Shown piece after piece: positions 13,982 to 24,222 of a stretch of DNA of 64,000 bases. The notes beneath the pieces are model-generated. The model had not been told where the DNA came from. It did not search any database and saw only the letters and a program-made list of their open reading frames with translations. Every line of letters begins with the position of its first letter. Within the stretch, counting starts at the first letter, position 1. The position numbers and the translations under genes are program-made. The DNA is taken from contig JAILXR010000001.1 of NCBI GenBank assembly GCA_050789445.1, positions 37,009 through 101,008 on the forward strand, given 5' to 3'. This DNA comes from Cellvibrionaceae bacterium (GTDB lineage: Bacteria > Pseudomonadota > Gammaproteobacteria > Pseudomonadales > Cellvibrionaceae).

Positions 13982-16900
13982 CGTGTATGTTCTCTTTAGT
14001 TACCTTTATTATTTCAGAAAACTGAAAGCGATCTAAATATTGATTCATTTTATTGATGTAATTATTGGCACCATTTTTTTTGCTAATGCGTTTTAGAATC
14101 TTTGATACTCCATCGGCAAAGCCTAGTTCTGCCATGCTGATAAGTTCACGACGGTCTTCCTCAGAAAGATAGTAAATTTTGGATTCAATTTGTTCAGGCC
14201 TGCTTGGTTTCTCAGTGGTAGCTTTATCAATTGTATCCGTGTCGTAACACCATTCTAGGTCTAGCGCACTTGAGATGGCATTTAATAATAATGTATCTCT
14301 AATCGGTTTAATTAAATAATCTTCATAAATCTTACGTTTTCCTATGTTTTTTATCTTGTTATGATCTTCAGTGGCATCTGCGGAGACAATAATAATAGGT
14401 GCTTTAAATTGTTGATCTTGCAGTTGTTTGGCGAGCTCTATACCAGTAATCCCCGGCATGGAAATATCTAAGAATAATAAATCGATACGACTTGAATTGA
14501 TTAATTTAAGACAAGCTTCACCATCAGAGGCTTCATGCACAACGAATCTGAGAGGTGTTAAGATCGCATTGATTAAACCTCTATGTGCTGGGTCATCATC
14601 GACCACCAAGATACTTTTAGGTGTTCCCTTATAAGATATAATTTTTTTAACTTCTGTTTCTTGTTTTACTTCTTCGTGAACGCTAGAGAGCATTAACGTC
14701 ACTTTAAATGTGCTGCCAATCCCTGGGAGGCTGGTAAGAGTTAGCTCGCCGCCCATAATTTCTGTGAGCAATTTTGTTATTGTAAGCCCTAAGCCAGTGC
14801 CTGGAATTTGGCTTTCTCCAGGTTTACGTATTCGCTCGAAAGGTTTGAATATTAATTCCTGTTCATGCTCCTCAATCCCAACACCTGTATCTGTAATTGT
14901 AAATTCAGCGACTTGGCTTCGATAATTAACGGCAAGAGAAACTTTACCTGAGCGTGTAAATTTAACCGCGTTTGATAATAGGTTAATTAAAATTTGCCGT
15001 AGATGTTTTTCGTCAGCGATTACCTTGTTGGGCAAGTAGCTGGTGAGGATATATTCAAATTGAATGCCTTTTGCATCAGCTTGAAGCTGAAACATTTCAA
15101 TAAGGTCATCGAGTAAATCCCGGATGAAAACTTTGTCTCTATGTAATTCTAATCGACCCGCTTCGATTCGAGAAATGTCGAGGAGACCTTCTATCAGATC
15201 AGCCAGATGTTCTCCGCTACGTCGAATGATATTTACACGATTCATTTGTTCGCTGGTTAAGTCAATGTCATGATTTAATAATTGGGCATAACCTAAAATT
15301 GAATTTAAAGGACTTCTGAGTTCATGACTAATCCCCGTTAAGTATCGACTTTTTGCTAAATTTGCTGACTCTGCTATTTCTTTAGCGTTCTGTAATTCGT
15401 GATCAGTTTTTTCATGAGCGAGTATTTCTTTTGATAATAACGATGTTTGACGAATAGAATCTTCAAGAGCCATTTGCCTGCTTTCATTCGCTAAAACAAA
15501 CAGCCAAGTTAATACTCCGACAATGATAATCAACAAGAAAAATATTTGAGTTAGGGTGCCGGCAACAATTTCTTTTAATACAATGTCTGTTGACGGAATT
15601 TGTAAAAAAACCATCCAAAATAAAACGGCAACAATAAAAATAATCAGCGTCAGTAAACCAGAAAACTGCAATAGCCTTGGATTCATGAGCTCAACAAGTT
15701 GTTGTGGAAGTATAGAAGAAACAAAATTTGTAATTTGATCAGAAAATTTTGCGCCCTCTTTGCATTGATCATTGCAACTTGAATCTAGGGAACAACAAAG
15801 CGAACAAATCGGCCCTCCATAAGCAGGGCAGGTTGTCATGTCTTCTATTTCGAAATCATTTTGGCAGACGGTACAGGTAGCGCTGTCTGAATTAAATGTT
15901 GAAATAAGATTCGGCCGTGCAATGTAATATTTCCCTTTCGTGATAATTGCGATTAACGGCGAGGTAATAAAAGCCGTCATTAATGCAATATACGGTGAAA
16001 GAGCATGGGCGAGTTCACCAAGGCTTTTTGAGTAACATAGAATACCTACCGTCGATGCAATCAACATCGCACCAACACCAACAGGGTTAATGTCGTATAA
16101 GTGGGCACGTTTAAATTCGATATAGTTAGGGCTTAATCCTAGAGGTTTATTGATGACCAAATCAGCCACGAGTGCGCCGACCCAGGCGACAGCAACATTC
16201 GAATAAATACCGAGTATACGTTCTAGTGCGTTATAAACGCCTAGCTCCATTAACAATAAAGCAATCATCACGTTAAAGACAAGCCAAACAACTCGGCCAG
16301 GATGGCTATGGGTCAATCGAGAAAAGAAGTTTGACCAAGCAATTGATCCTGCATAGGCGTTGGTCACATTAATTTTTAATTGGCAGACGATGACAAAAAT
16401 ACCTGTCAAAGCTAGGGTGAAATTGGGTGATTGTTTGAGATAACTAAAAGCAATCAAATACATATTAGTCGGGTCGCTAGCAAGGTCGGCGGGAACGCCA
16501 TGATTGAGTGCCAACACAGCAAGAAAAGAACCTGCAATAATTTTTAAAGCCCCTACGATAATCCAACCCGGTCCAGCACAAATTAAAGCAGCCCACCATT
16601 TACCTCGTTGACCTTTTTGGGGCTCAGGAAGAAACCTTAAAAAATCGACTTGCTCCCCAATTTGGGCCATTAATGAAAATAAAACACCGGACGCTGCACC
16701 AAAAAAGACAATATTAAAATTATTATCACCGCTAGGATTTTGATTGAGGGCAGTATGTTGTGACCAGTCAGCAACGATGGACCATTCTTGCCACAAGATA
16801 AATACGAAAGGGAGTAGTTGTAAGACGAGCCAAAGTGGTTGGCTCCATAGTTGAAAGCGGCTGATTAATGTAATTCCATGTGTAACAAGGGGGATTACGA

Positions 16901-17372
16901 TTAAAGAACACAAAAGATAGCCAATACTTTTTGGAATGTTAAATAGCAACTCTAATGCCGACGCCATAATGGCCGCTTCAAGTGCAAAAAATATAAAAGT
17001 AAAAGAGGCGTAGATGAGGGACGTGATCGTAGAGCCGATGTACCCGAAACCCGCACCACGGCTTAGTAAATCGATATCCACGCCGTATTTTGCGGCGTAG
17101 TAGCAGATAGGTATTCCAGTTAAAAATATGACGGTGGATACGAGTAGAATTGCGATTAATGAATTATCGAAACCGTAGTGAAGGGTGATTGTTCCGCCAA
17201 TGGCTTCTAAAGCAAGAAATGAAATCGCACCCAGAGCAGTGTTGGCTACCCGGCTTATAGACCAGCGCCGAGCTTTTTTCGCTGTAAAGCGTAACGCGTA
17301 ATCTTCTAACGTTTGGTTGGCGACCCAGCGGTTATAGCTTCTTCGAGTTTTAAAAATAGTTTGTTCGGCCAT
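13974..17372 (-). CDS. hybrid sensor histidine kinase with an N-terminal NCS1/CodB-like permease domain, a Cys-rich segment, HisKA, HATPase_c, REC and a C-terminal extension
   Basis: 1132 aa. Residues ~30-500 form a multi-TM region resembling nucleobase:cation symporter-1 / cytosine-permease proteins (AKYGVDIDLLSRGAGFGYIGS matches CodB AKTGLTTHLLARFSFGVKGS). An 8-Cys cluster follows (CTVCQNDFEIEDMTTCPAYGGPICSLCCSLDSSCNDQC). The H-box is GISHELRSPLNSILGYAQLL, with G-box/HATPase motifs (DTGVGI, GTGLGL). The receiver reads ILVVDDDPAHR...DLLFLDISMPG. Confidence 0.85.
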   Translation of the reverse strand: MAEQTIFKTRRSYNRWVANQTLEDYALRFTAKKARRWSISRVANTALGAISFLALEAIGGTITLHYGFDNSLIAILLVSTVIFLTGIPICYYAAKYGVDIDLLSRGAGFGYIGSTITSLIYASFTFIFFALEAAIMASALELLFNIPKSIGYLLCSLIVIPLVTHGITLISRFQLWSQPLWLVLQLLPFVFILWQEWSIVADWSQHTALNQNPSGDNNFNIVFFGAASGVLFSLMAQIGEQVDFLRFLPEPQKGQRGKWWAALICAGPGWIIVGALKIIAGSFLAVLALNHGVPADLASDPTNMYLIAFSYLKQSPNFTLALTGIFVIVCQLKINVTNAYAGSIAWSNFFSRLTHSHPGRVVWLVFNVMIALLLMELGVYNALERILGIYSNVAVAWVGALVADLVINKPLGLSPNYIEFKRAHLYDINPVGVGAMLIASTVGILCYSKSLGELAHALSPYIALMTAFITSPLIAIITKGKYYIARPNLISTFNSDSATCTVCQNDFEIEDMTTCPAYGGPICSLCCSLDSSCNDQCKEGAKFSDQITNFVSSILPQQLVELMNPRLLQFSGLLTLIIFIVAVLFWMVFLQIPSTDIVLKEIVAGTLTQIFFLLIIIVGVLTWLFVLANESRQMALEDSIRQTSLLSKEILAHEKTDHELQNAKEIAESANLAKSRYLTGISHELRSPLNSILGYAQLLNHDIDLTSEQMNRVNIIRRSGEHLADLIEGLLDISRIEAGRLELHRDKVFIRDLLDDLIEMFQLQADAKGIQFEYILTSYLPNKVIADEKHLRQILINLLSNAVKFTRSGKVSLAVNYRSQVAEFTITDTGVGIEEHEQELIFKPFERIRKPGESQIPGTGLGLTITKLLTEIMGGELTLTSLPGIGSTFKVTLMLSSVHEEVKQETEVKKIISYKGTPKSILVVDDDPAHRGLINAILTPLRFVVHEASDGEACLKLINSSRIDLLFLDISMPGITGIELAKQLQDQQFKAPIIIVSADATEDHNKIKNIGKRKIYEDYLIKPIRDTLLLNAISSALDLEWCYDTDTIDKATTEKPSRPEQIESKIYYLSEEDRRELISMAELGFADGVSKILKRISKKNGANNYINKMNQYLDRFQFSEIIKVTKENIHDD

Positions 17373-17801
17373 CTAATGTGTCTCGTGTCTTCTATTTGAG
17401 GGCCAAACCAACCTAAAAGTAAGAGTAAAAGTCTGTTGTCTTATTTGCGTTAACATGACATCTGCTTCCCGTATGCAAGAACATAAGAGATTCGTAATCA
17501 ATACTGGTGCAAGACCTATACCTAAAAAATTCTTATAGCTCTTTAGTCTTATGAAAGATTAAAAAGGGTGACTTAAAAAACATCCTTCTAATAAAAGTAC
17601 AAACACTATCGCCAAATCACGTTGAACGATATGCGTCAAATGACGTAGGTGAGTAGTGCAGTCTGCCAATTTCGCTCTTCTGTTAAATCCATCATTCTCT
17701 CCCTCGACACAATCTTTAATCGAAAATTTAAAGTTCTCCATATACCCAACCCGAATTCACTATATTCATTTTTTAATTAGATATATTAAGAGAGGTTCAT
17801 C

Positions 17802-19067
17802 ATGAGACACGTTCAGGCACATTCGAAGCTCGGATTAGAACGACGCTTATTCATCAAATCAATGGTAAAGAAAATGCTATTGATCCCGGCAGTCGCTGTT
17901 ATTACGAGTGGAATGTCATCTGTTTTTGCAGAGGTTAATACAACAGGATTGGCGGTTACCGATGACAAAGTGACCGTCGGGATTCTTCATTCTGTCACAG
18001 GAACAATGGCTATAAGTGAAACAGGATCAGTTCAAGCCGAAAAATTAGCCATCGAACAAATCAATGCAATGGGCGGTGTTCTCGGTCGCCAGATTGAATA
18101 CATCCAAGAAGATGGCGCAAGTGATTGGCCCACGTTCGCGGAAAAATCTAAAAAATTATTAGTTAACGATAAAGTTGCAGCAGTCTTCGGGTGTTGGACG
18201 TCGGCTTCTCGAAAAGCAGTACTTCCTATTTTTGAGCAATACAATGGAATGCTTTATTACCCGACTTTTTATGAAGGCTTAGAGCAGTCGCCTAATGTCA
18301 TTTACACAGGGCAAGAAGCAACACAACAAATTATTGCTGGTATTGATTGGGTTGTAAAAAATAAAGGCGCAAAAAAATTCTTCCTACTGGGATCGGATTA
18401 TATCTGGCCAAGAACATCTAACAAAATTGCTCGAAAACATATCGAGAAGTTAGGTTTGAAAGTAGTTGGTGAGGAATATTATCCATTGGGTCATACACAA
18501 TTTAATTCTGTAATAAACAAAATTAAATTAAAAAAACCAGATGTACTTTATGCAATTGTTGTTGGCGGATCTAATGTTGCTTTTTACAAGCAATTAAAAG
18601 CAGCTGGTATCGATATGACAAAAGAAAAACCAACAGTGCTTACTATTTCAGTAACAGAAGATGAAATATTAGGTATTGGTGGTGAAAATATTGTGGGAGC
18701 TTATGCCGCAATGAAATATTTTCAAAGCTTAGATAACCCGAATAACGAAGCTTTTGTGAAAGCATTTAAAGCACGATGGGGAGACGACATCGTTATAGGT
18801 GATGTAACTCAAGCTGCATATCTTGGACCTTGGTTGTGGAAAGCGGCAGTTGAAAAAGCAGGGTCATTTGATATTGATAAAGTTCGAGCTGCGTCTCCAG
18901 GAATTGAGTTGAAAACTGCACCAGAAGGCTATGTAAAAATACATGACAATCATCACCTATGGTCAAAAACACGGATTGGTCATGCGAAAAAAGATGGACA
19001 GTACGAGTTGGTTTATGAAACTGATGAGTTGGTAGAGCCTGATCCATTCCCGAAAGGTTATCAATAA
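17802..19067 (+). CDS. urtA: urea/short-chain-amide ABC transporter periplasmic substrate-binding protein (UrtA/FmdD-like, LivJ fold)
   Basis: 421 aa with a signal peptide and a type-I periplasmic binding fold. The closest resemblance is to UrtA-type binders (GILHSVTGTMAISE...GCWTSASRKAVLP). It is followed by two permease and two ATPase genes in urtBCDE order. Confidence 0.75.
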   Translation: MRHVQAHSKLGLERRLFIKSMVKKMLLIPAVAVITSGMSSVFAEVNTTGLAVTDDKVTVGILHSVTGTMAISETGSVQAEKLAIEQINAMGGVLGRQIEYIQEDGASDWPTFAEKSKKLLVNDKVAAVFGCWTSASRKAVLPIFEQYNGMLYYPTFYEGLEQSPNVIYTGQEATQQIIAGIDWVVKNKGAKKFFLLGSDYIWPRTSNKIARKHIEKLGLKVVGEEYYPLGHTQFNSVINKIKLKKPDVLYAIVVGGSNVAFYKQLKAAGIDMTKEKPTVLTISVTEDEILGIGGENIVGAYAAMKYFQSLDNPNNEAFVKAFKARWGDDIVIGDVTQAAYLGPWLWKAAVEKAGSFDIDKVRAASPGIELKTAPEGYVKIHDNHHLWSKTRIGHAKKDGQYELVYETDELVEPDPFPKGYQ

Positions 19068-19080
19068 GCAGCAATATGTT

Positions 19081-19120
19081 GAGAGCAAAAGAGACGTCGG
19101 ATCATCTTTTGCTCTCCTTC
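19081..19120 (+). terminator. intra-operon hairpin/attenuator between the binding-protein gene and the permease genes
   Basis: gagagcaaaag-(14 nt loop)-cttttgctctc, a perfect 11-bp stem, followed by ttcatttattt, which is only partly T-rich. Confidence 0.4.
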
Positions 19121-19238
19121 ATTTATTTAAATAATAGAAAATATTTAAAAATAAAAAACTACGAGCTGTTAAATGAAACAGCAATGACTAAAGAAATATC
19201 AATTGAAACAATACGTAATGAAGCATGGGGTGTAGAAA

Positions 19239-20165
19239 ATGTTCGATGAATACACGATGTCAGAACTCACTTCAATATTTGCGATGCAGGGCTTTGCTGG
19301 TCTCACATTATTTTCAGTGTTTGTGTTAATGGCGTTAGGTTTAGCAATAATTTTTGGGCAGATGGGTGTTATTAATATGGCCCATGGCGAATTTATGATT
19401 TTGGGAGCATATACAACCTATTTCACCTCCAATCTATTTTCTAATTATTTTCCTTCACTTTTTGACGGCTACTTTTTTGTCGCGATGTTTCTTGCGTTCT
19501 TAATTACAGCGGCACTTGGAGCCTTTGTCGAGTGGGCTATGATTCGACACTTGTATAAAAGACCACTTGATACTCTGTTAGCGACATGGGGTCTTAGTTT
19601 AATTTTACAGCAAACTTACCGAAGTGTTTTTGGTGCAAGAGAAGTTGGCGTTTCAATTCCTGACTGGATGATGGGCTCCTATGCAATGACGGACACGATA
19701 GATATTCCTATTAATGGCATTTTTGTAATGATCCTAACTATTTTTATTACTCTATGTGTTTATTTGATGATGCAAAAATCTCGGCTCGGTAAACAAACGC
19801 GAGCAGTTGTACAGAATAGACAAATGGCTGGAGCGGTAGGCATTAATACTGAACTTGTTGATAGGTTCACATTTGCTATCGGTTGCGGCATTGCGGGGAT
19901 AGCAGGATCAGCATTCACAATGATTGGCTCAACAGGACCAACAGCGGGACAACTTTATATCGTGGATACATTTCTTGTTGTTGTCTTCGGTGGAGCTTCT
20001 AGTTTGATTGGTACTGTCGCATCAGCATTTACAATTTCGCAGGCACAATCAACGATGGAATTTTTCTTAAGCGGTTCAATGGCAAAAGTTTTAACTTTGC
20101 TAATAGTGGTGGGAATACTGATGTTACGCCCACAAGGTTTGTTTACTTTGAAAATGAGACGTTAG
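19239..20165 (+). CDS. urtB: urea/amide ABC transporter permease (UrtB/LivH-like)
   Basis: 308 aa. Polytopic membrane protein of the branched-chain-amino-acid permease family (GLAIIFGQMGVINMAHGEFMILGAY). The start could alternatively be Met at 19257. Confidence 0.75.
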   Translation: MFDEYTMSELTSIFAMQGFAGLTLFSVFVLMALGLAIIFGQMGVINMAHGEFMILGAYTTYFTSNLFSNYFPSLFDGYFFVAMFLAFLITAALGAFVEWAMIRHLYKRPLDTLLATWGLSLILQQTYRSVFGAREVGVSIPDWMMGSYAMTDTIDIPINGIFVMILTIFITLCVYLMMQKSRLGKQTRAVVQNRQMAGAVGINTELVDRFTFAIGCGIAGIAGSAFTMIGSTGPTAGQLYIVDTFLVVVFGGASSLIGTVASAFTISQAQSTMEFFLSGSMAKVLTLLIVVGILMLRPQGLFTLKMRR

Positions 20166-20174
20166 GAGATCACT

Positions 20175-21317
20175 ATGTCATTTACAGATATGCGCGCTTT
20201 AATGCCAAAAAATGATCTCTGGAGCTTTGCAATATTAGCGGCGATTATTTTTATTGTTATGCCTTTATTTCTAGATATTTTTCGTTTGAATCTATTGGGT
20301 AAATACCTCACTTATGCATTTGTTGCTTTGGGTTTAACACTTTGTTGGGGCTTAGGAGGTATCTTAAGTTTAGGTCAAGGTGTGTTTTTTGGTTTAGGTG
20401 GTTACTGCATGGCGATGTTCCTAAAATTAGAAGCGTCAAGCCCTGAAAATACAAAAATACAATCGACTCCTGGTATTCCTGATTTCATGGATTGGAATCA
20501 ACTCACTGAGTTACCATTTTTTTGGGAACCATTCCACAGCTTTACATTTACATTAATTGCTGTGGTTTTAGTTCCTGCGGTTTTTGCTTACATCATCGGA
20601 GTTGCGATGTTTAAGCGAAGAGTGGGTGGAGTATATTTTGCCATTATCACTCAAGCGATAGCAGCGGTTCTTACTATTCTGATTATTGGGCAGCAAGGAT
20701 ACACCGGCGGTGTTAATGGAATCACAGATTTAAGAACATTGCACGGCTGGGATATTCGCCTCGATTCAGCAAAATATATTTTATATTTTATTAACGGCGT
20801 ACTTTTATTTGCCTGTCTTTTTGCGGCACAGTTTATTCGAAAAAGTAAGTTAGGAAGATTGCTAGTCGCAATGAGAGAGCAAGAAGATCGAGTGCGCTTT
20901 TCTGGATATGATGTTGCCAATTTTAAAATATTTATTTTTTGTATTGCAGGTGTTTTTTCTGCGATTGGCGGAGCTATGTTCACTTTGCAAGTGGGTTTTA
21001 TGTCTCCATCATTTGTAGGAATCGTACCGTCTATTGAGATGGTTATCTTTTGCGCGGTCGGTGGACGGTTGTCTTTGCTGGGTGCAGTGTATGGCACATT
21101 AATTGTGAACTATGCAAAAACCACTTTCTCAGAATCATTCCCAGAACTTTGGTTGTTTGCAATGGGTGCTCTATTCATAGGCGTTGTGATGGCATTTCCT
21201 GATGGATTAGCAGGGGTTTACCAGTCTCATGTACAGCCTTGGATAAAAAAACACTCTCATCGGTTACCAAAAATATTTGGAGGAAAAACATCTTCTCCTA
21301 AAGAAGCCGAGTGTTGA
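20175..21317 (+). CDS. urtC: urea/amide ABC transporter permease (UrtC/LivM-like)
   Basis: 380 aa, LivM-type permease (LSLGQGVFFGLGGYCMAMF). It has the long N-terminal extension typical of UrtC. Confidence 0.75.
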   Translation: MSFTDMRALMPKNDLWSFAILAAIIFIVMPLFLDIFRLNLLGKYLTYAFVALGLTLCWGLGGILSLGQGVFFGLGGYCMAMFLKLEASSPENTKIQSTPGIPDFMDWNQLTELPFFWEPFHSFTFTLIAVVLVPAVFAYIIGVAMFKRRVGGVYFAIITQAIAAVLTILIIGQQGYTGGVNGITDLRTLHGWDIRLDSAKYILYFINGVLLFACLFAAQFIRKSKLGRLLVAMREQEDRVRFSGYDVANFKIFIFCIAGVFSAIGGAMFTLQVGFMSPSFVGIVPSIEMVIFCAVGGRLSLLGAVYGTLIVNYAKTTFSESFPELWLFAMGALFIGVVMAFPDGLAGVYQSHVQPWIKKHSHRLPKIFGGKTSSPKEAEC

Positions 21318-21387
21318 TTTTAATGATTTATCAATATTCGTTATAGCTACATTGATGAGATGAGCATTGTTAAAAGTAAAAAATTAA

Positions 21388-22182
21388 TTGATAGGTGATT
21401 CTATGTCAGCAGCCCCAGCACAAAAAGTGTCAGAAAATAAAAATACCAAAGATTTTGTATTAAGCATTGAGGGCCTAACTGTTTCCTTTGACGGTTTCAA
21501 AGCAGTTAATGACTTGTCTTTTTATGTTGAAGAGCAAGAAATCAGAGTCATTATTGGTCCTAACGGTGCAGGTAAGACGACAGTATTAGATTTGATTTGT
21601 GGTAGAACTAAAGCGACAGAGGGTTCAATAAAGTTTAAAGGTAAAGAGTTAACAAAATTAAAAGAACATGAAATCGTACATTCAGGTGTTGGAAGAAAGT
21701 TTCAAAACCCATCGATATATGAAGATCTTTCGGTGTTCGAAAATTTAGAAATCTCATTCCCTCGAGGAAGAAGTGTATGGGGGGCGCTTGGTTTTAAAAG
21801 AGACTCGGAAGTTGTCAATAAGATACATGAAATAGCAGAGATGATATTTCTTAATGACCAGCTTGATTCTCAGGCTGCATTATTAAGCCATGGCCAAAAA
21901 CAATGGTTAGAAATAGGCATGTTACTTATCCAGGATCCAGAATTACTGATGTTGGATGAACCAGTTGCAGGTATGTCTGTTTCAGAAAGAAAAAAAACGG
22001 CAGAGCTTTTACAGCGCATAACAAAAGATCGATCTGTGCTCGTAGTAGAGCATGACATGCAATTTGTTGAAGATATTGCTGATAGGGTCACCGTATTGCA
22101 TCAAGGGAAATTATTATCCGAAGGTTCTATGGAGCGTGTAAAGAATGATCCAAAAGTAATTGAAGTTTATTTGGGACACTGA
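21388..22182 (+). CDS. urtD: urea/amide ABC transporter ATP-binding protein (UrtD/LivG-like)
   Basis: Walker A GPNGAGKTT, signature LSHGQKQWLEIGM, Walker B LLMLDEPVAGM. Confidence 0.8.
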   Translation: MIGDSMSAAPAQKVSENKNTKDFVLSIEGLTVSFDGFKAVNDLSFYVEEQEIRVIIGPNGAGKTTVLDLICGRTKATEGSIKFKGKELTKLKEHEIVHSGVGRKFQNPSIYEDLSVFENLEISFPRGRSVWGALGFKRDSEVVNKIHEIAEMIFLNDQLDSQAALLSHGQKQWLEIGMLLIQDPELLMLDEPVAGMSVSERKKTAELLQRITKDRSVLVVEHDMQFVEDIADRVTVLHQGKLLSEGSMERVKNDPKVIEVYLGH

Positions 22183-22269
22183 TAGCAGAAAAAATCAATA
22201 TATAACTGTAGTGACAATATTCAGCGATCGTTTAATAAGATTCGACGTTATGAAAAAGGAAACACAATT

Positions 22270-22959
22270 ATGTTAGAGCTAGCCGATTATCATGTCGCTT
22301 ATGGTCAAAGTGAAGTGATAAATAATATGAATCTAACGCTAAGGCCTAAAGAAATAATTGCAATTTTAGGGCGCAATGGGATGGGTAAAACAACGTTGAT
22401 GAAATCGTTAATTGGCATGATTCCATCGAAGCAGGGTAGCGTTAAATTAGAAGATAAAGAATTAGCCGGATTAAAAAGTCATCAGCGAGTTGCAGCGGGT
22501 GTGGGTTTTGTTCCTCAGGGAAGAATGATTTTTTCAACTATGACAGTGAAAGAAAATATTGAAACGGGTTTAACCACTACCAAAGCGAAAAAAGTCCCAG
22601 AGGACCTTTACAGCTTATTTCCAGTGTTATTAGAAATGAGAAATAGAAGAGGGGGTAATTTATCGGGTGGCCAACAACAACAGCTGGCAATAGCAAGAGC
22701 ATTAGCTAGTGATCCAAAAGTGCTTTTGTTGGATGAGCCAACTGAGGGGATTCAGCCATCAATTATTAAAGAGATGGCTAAAACACTGAAAGAAATTCGT
22801 GATCAAAGAGACCTGTCGATTATTGTTTCAGAACAGGTGCTTAGTTTTGCTTTGGATATCGCAGATCGAATTATCGTTATTGAAAAAGGCAAAATTGTTC
22901 ACGATGAAGCTCGAGAAAATGTCGACGAGAAAAAAGTTTCATCATATTTGTCCGTTTAA
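22270..22959 (+). CDS. urtE: urea/amide ABC transporter ATP-binding protein (UrtE/LivF-like)
   Basis: Walker A GRNGMGKTT, signature LSGGQQQQLAIARAL, Walker B LLLDEPTEGI. Confidence 0.8.
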   Translation: MLELADYHVAYGQSEVINNMNLTLRPKEIIAILGRNGMGKTTLMKSLIGMIPSKQGSVKLEDKELAGLKSHQRVAAGVGFVPQGRMIFSTMTVKENIETGLTTTKAKKVPEDLYSLFPVLLEMRNRRGGNLSGGQQQQLAIARALASDPKVLLLDEPTEGIQPSIIKEMAKTLKEIRDQRDLSIIVSEQVLSFALDIADRIIVIEKGKIVHDEARENVDEKKVSSYLSV

Positions 22960-22989
22960 CTTTATTACATCTTTATTGGAGAAATCACT

Positions 22990-24222
22990 ATGGCAGAAAC
23001 AATTATTAAAATTGACCTAAAAAAATCAGCCTACGAACACGACAATATTCACAATAGGTGGCATCCGGATATCCCGATGGTTTCTACGGTTAAGCCGGGT
23101 GATGATTTTATTATTGAATGTATGGATTGGACTGGCGGACAAATAAAAGATAATGATGATGCATCCGATGTAAGGGATGTGGATTTGTCGCAAGTACATT
23201 TCTTATCCGGACCTGTAGGTGTTGAAGGCGCCGAACCTGGAGACCTTCTCGTCGTTGACATCCTGGATATTGGTACTTTTAAAGAAAGTGAGTGGGGATT
23301 TAACGGCTTTTTCTCAAAACAAAATGGTGGCGGTTTTCTGACTGAACATTTTCCAGAAGCACAAAAAACAATTTGGGATTTTAACGGCATGTTTACTAAA
23401 TCTCGTCATGTTCCTGGTGTTGAATTTGCTGGATTAATACATCCGGGATTGATTGGTTGCTTACCCTCAAAAGAAATGTTGGAAGAGTGGAATAAAAGAG
23501 AAAAAGAATTGTTTGATACTGAACCTGATCGTGTACCGGGTTTAGCGAATCTACCTGATGCGTCTACGGCACATATGGGAAGAATGAAAGGTGATGCAAA
23601 AAAAGAAGCCGCAGCAGAAGGCGCTAGAACAGTTCCACCAAGAGAGCACGGCGGTAACTGTGATATTAAAGATTTGTCACGTGGTTCTAAAGTATATTTC
23701 CCAGTTTATGTGGAAGGCGGGGGCCTATCCGTAGGTGATTTGCATTTCAGCCAAGGTGATGGAGAAATTACATTCTGTGGTGCAATCGAAATGGCAGGTT
23801 GGATTCACCTTCGTGTTGAATTGATTAAAGATGGTATGTCGAAATACGCCATTAAAAATCCAATCTTTAAGCCAAGTCCTATCACACCACGTTACGATGA
23901 CTATTTAATTTTTGAAGGTATCTCAGTTGATGAACAAGGTAAGCAACATTATCTTGATGTTAATGTTGCGTATCGGCAAGCATGTTTGAATGCGATTGAA
24001 TACCTGAAAAAATTTGGCTATTCCGGAGCGCAAGCATACTCGCTACTAGGAACCGCACCTGTCCAAGGACACATTAGTGGTGTTGTTGACGTCCCTAACT
24101 CTTGTGCAACGCTTTGGTTGCCAACAGATATATTTGAGTTTGATGTTAAACCGAACGCTGATGGTCCAACAAAATACTTAGACGGAAGTGTTGAAGTTCC
24201 TTTGGCTCCGGATCTTAAGTAG
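22990..24222 (+). CDS. fmdA: formamidase / acetamidase (FmdA_AmdA family)
   Basis: 410 aa. The N-terminus reads ...HNRWHPDIPMV...PGD and the sequence resembles acetamidase/formamidase throughout. It lies immediately downstream of the amide ABC transporter and upstream of an FmdB-type zinc-ribbon gene, as in described fmd clusters. Confidence 0.8.
   Translation: MAETIIKIDLKKSAYEHDNIHNRWHPDIPMVSTVKPGDDFIIECMDWTGGQIKDNDDASDVRDVDLSQVHFLSGPVGVEGAEPGDLLVVDILDIGTFKESEWGFNGFFSKQNGGGFLTEHFPEAQKTIWDFNGMFTKSRHVPGVEFAGLIHPGLIGCLPSKEMLEEWNKREKELFDTEPDRVPGLANLPDASTAHMGRMKGDAKKEAAAEGARTVPPREHGGNCDIKDLSRGSKVYFPVYVEGGGLSVGDLHFSQGDGEITFCGAIEMAGWIHLRVELIKDGMSKYAIKNPIFKPSPITPRYDDYLIFEGISVDEQGKQHYLDVNVAYRQACLNAIEYLKKFGYSGAQAYSLLGTAPVQGHISGVVDVPNSCATLWLPTDIFEFDVKPNADGPTKYLDGSVEVPLAPDLK

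Noticed and set aside
17559-17741. 60-aa minus-strand ORF in the kinase/urtA intergenic region
   Set aside because: It is short and non-conserved in appearance, and it sits in a likely regulatory region.
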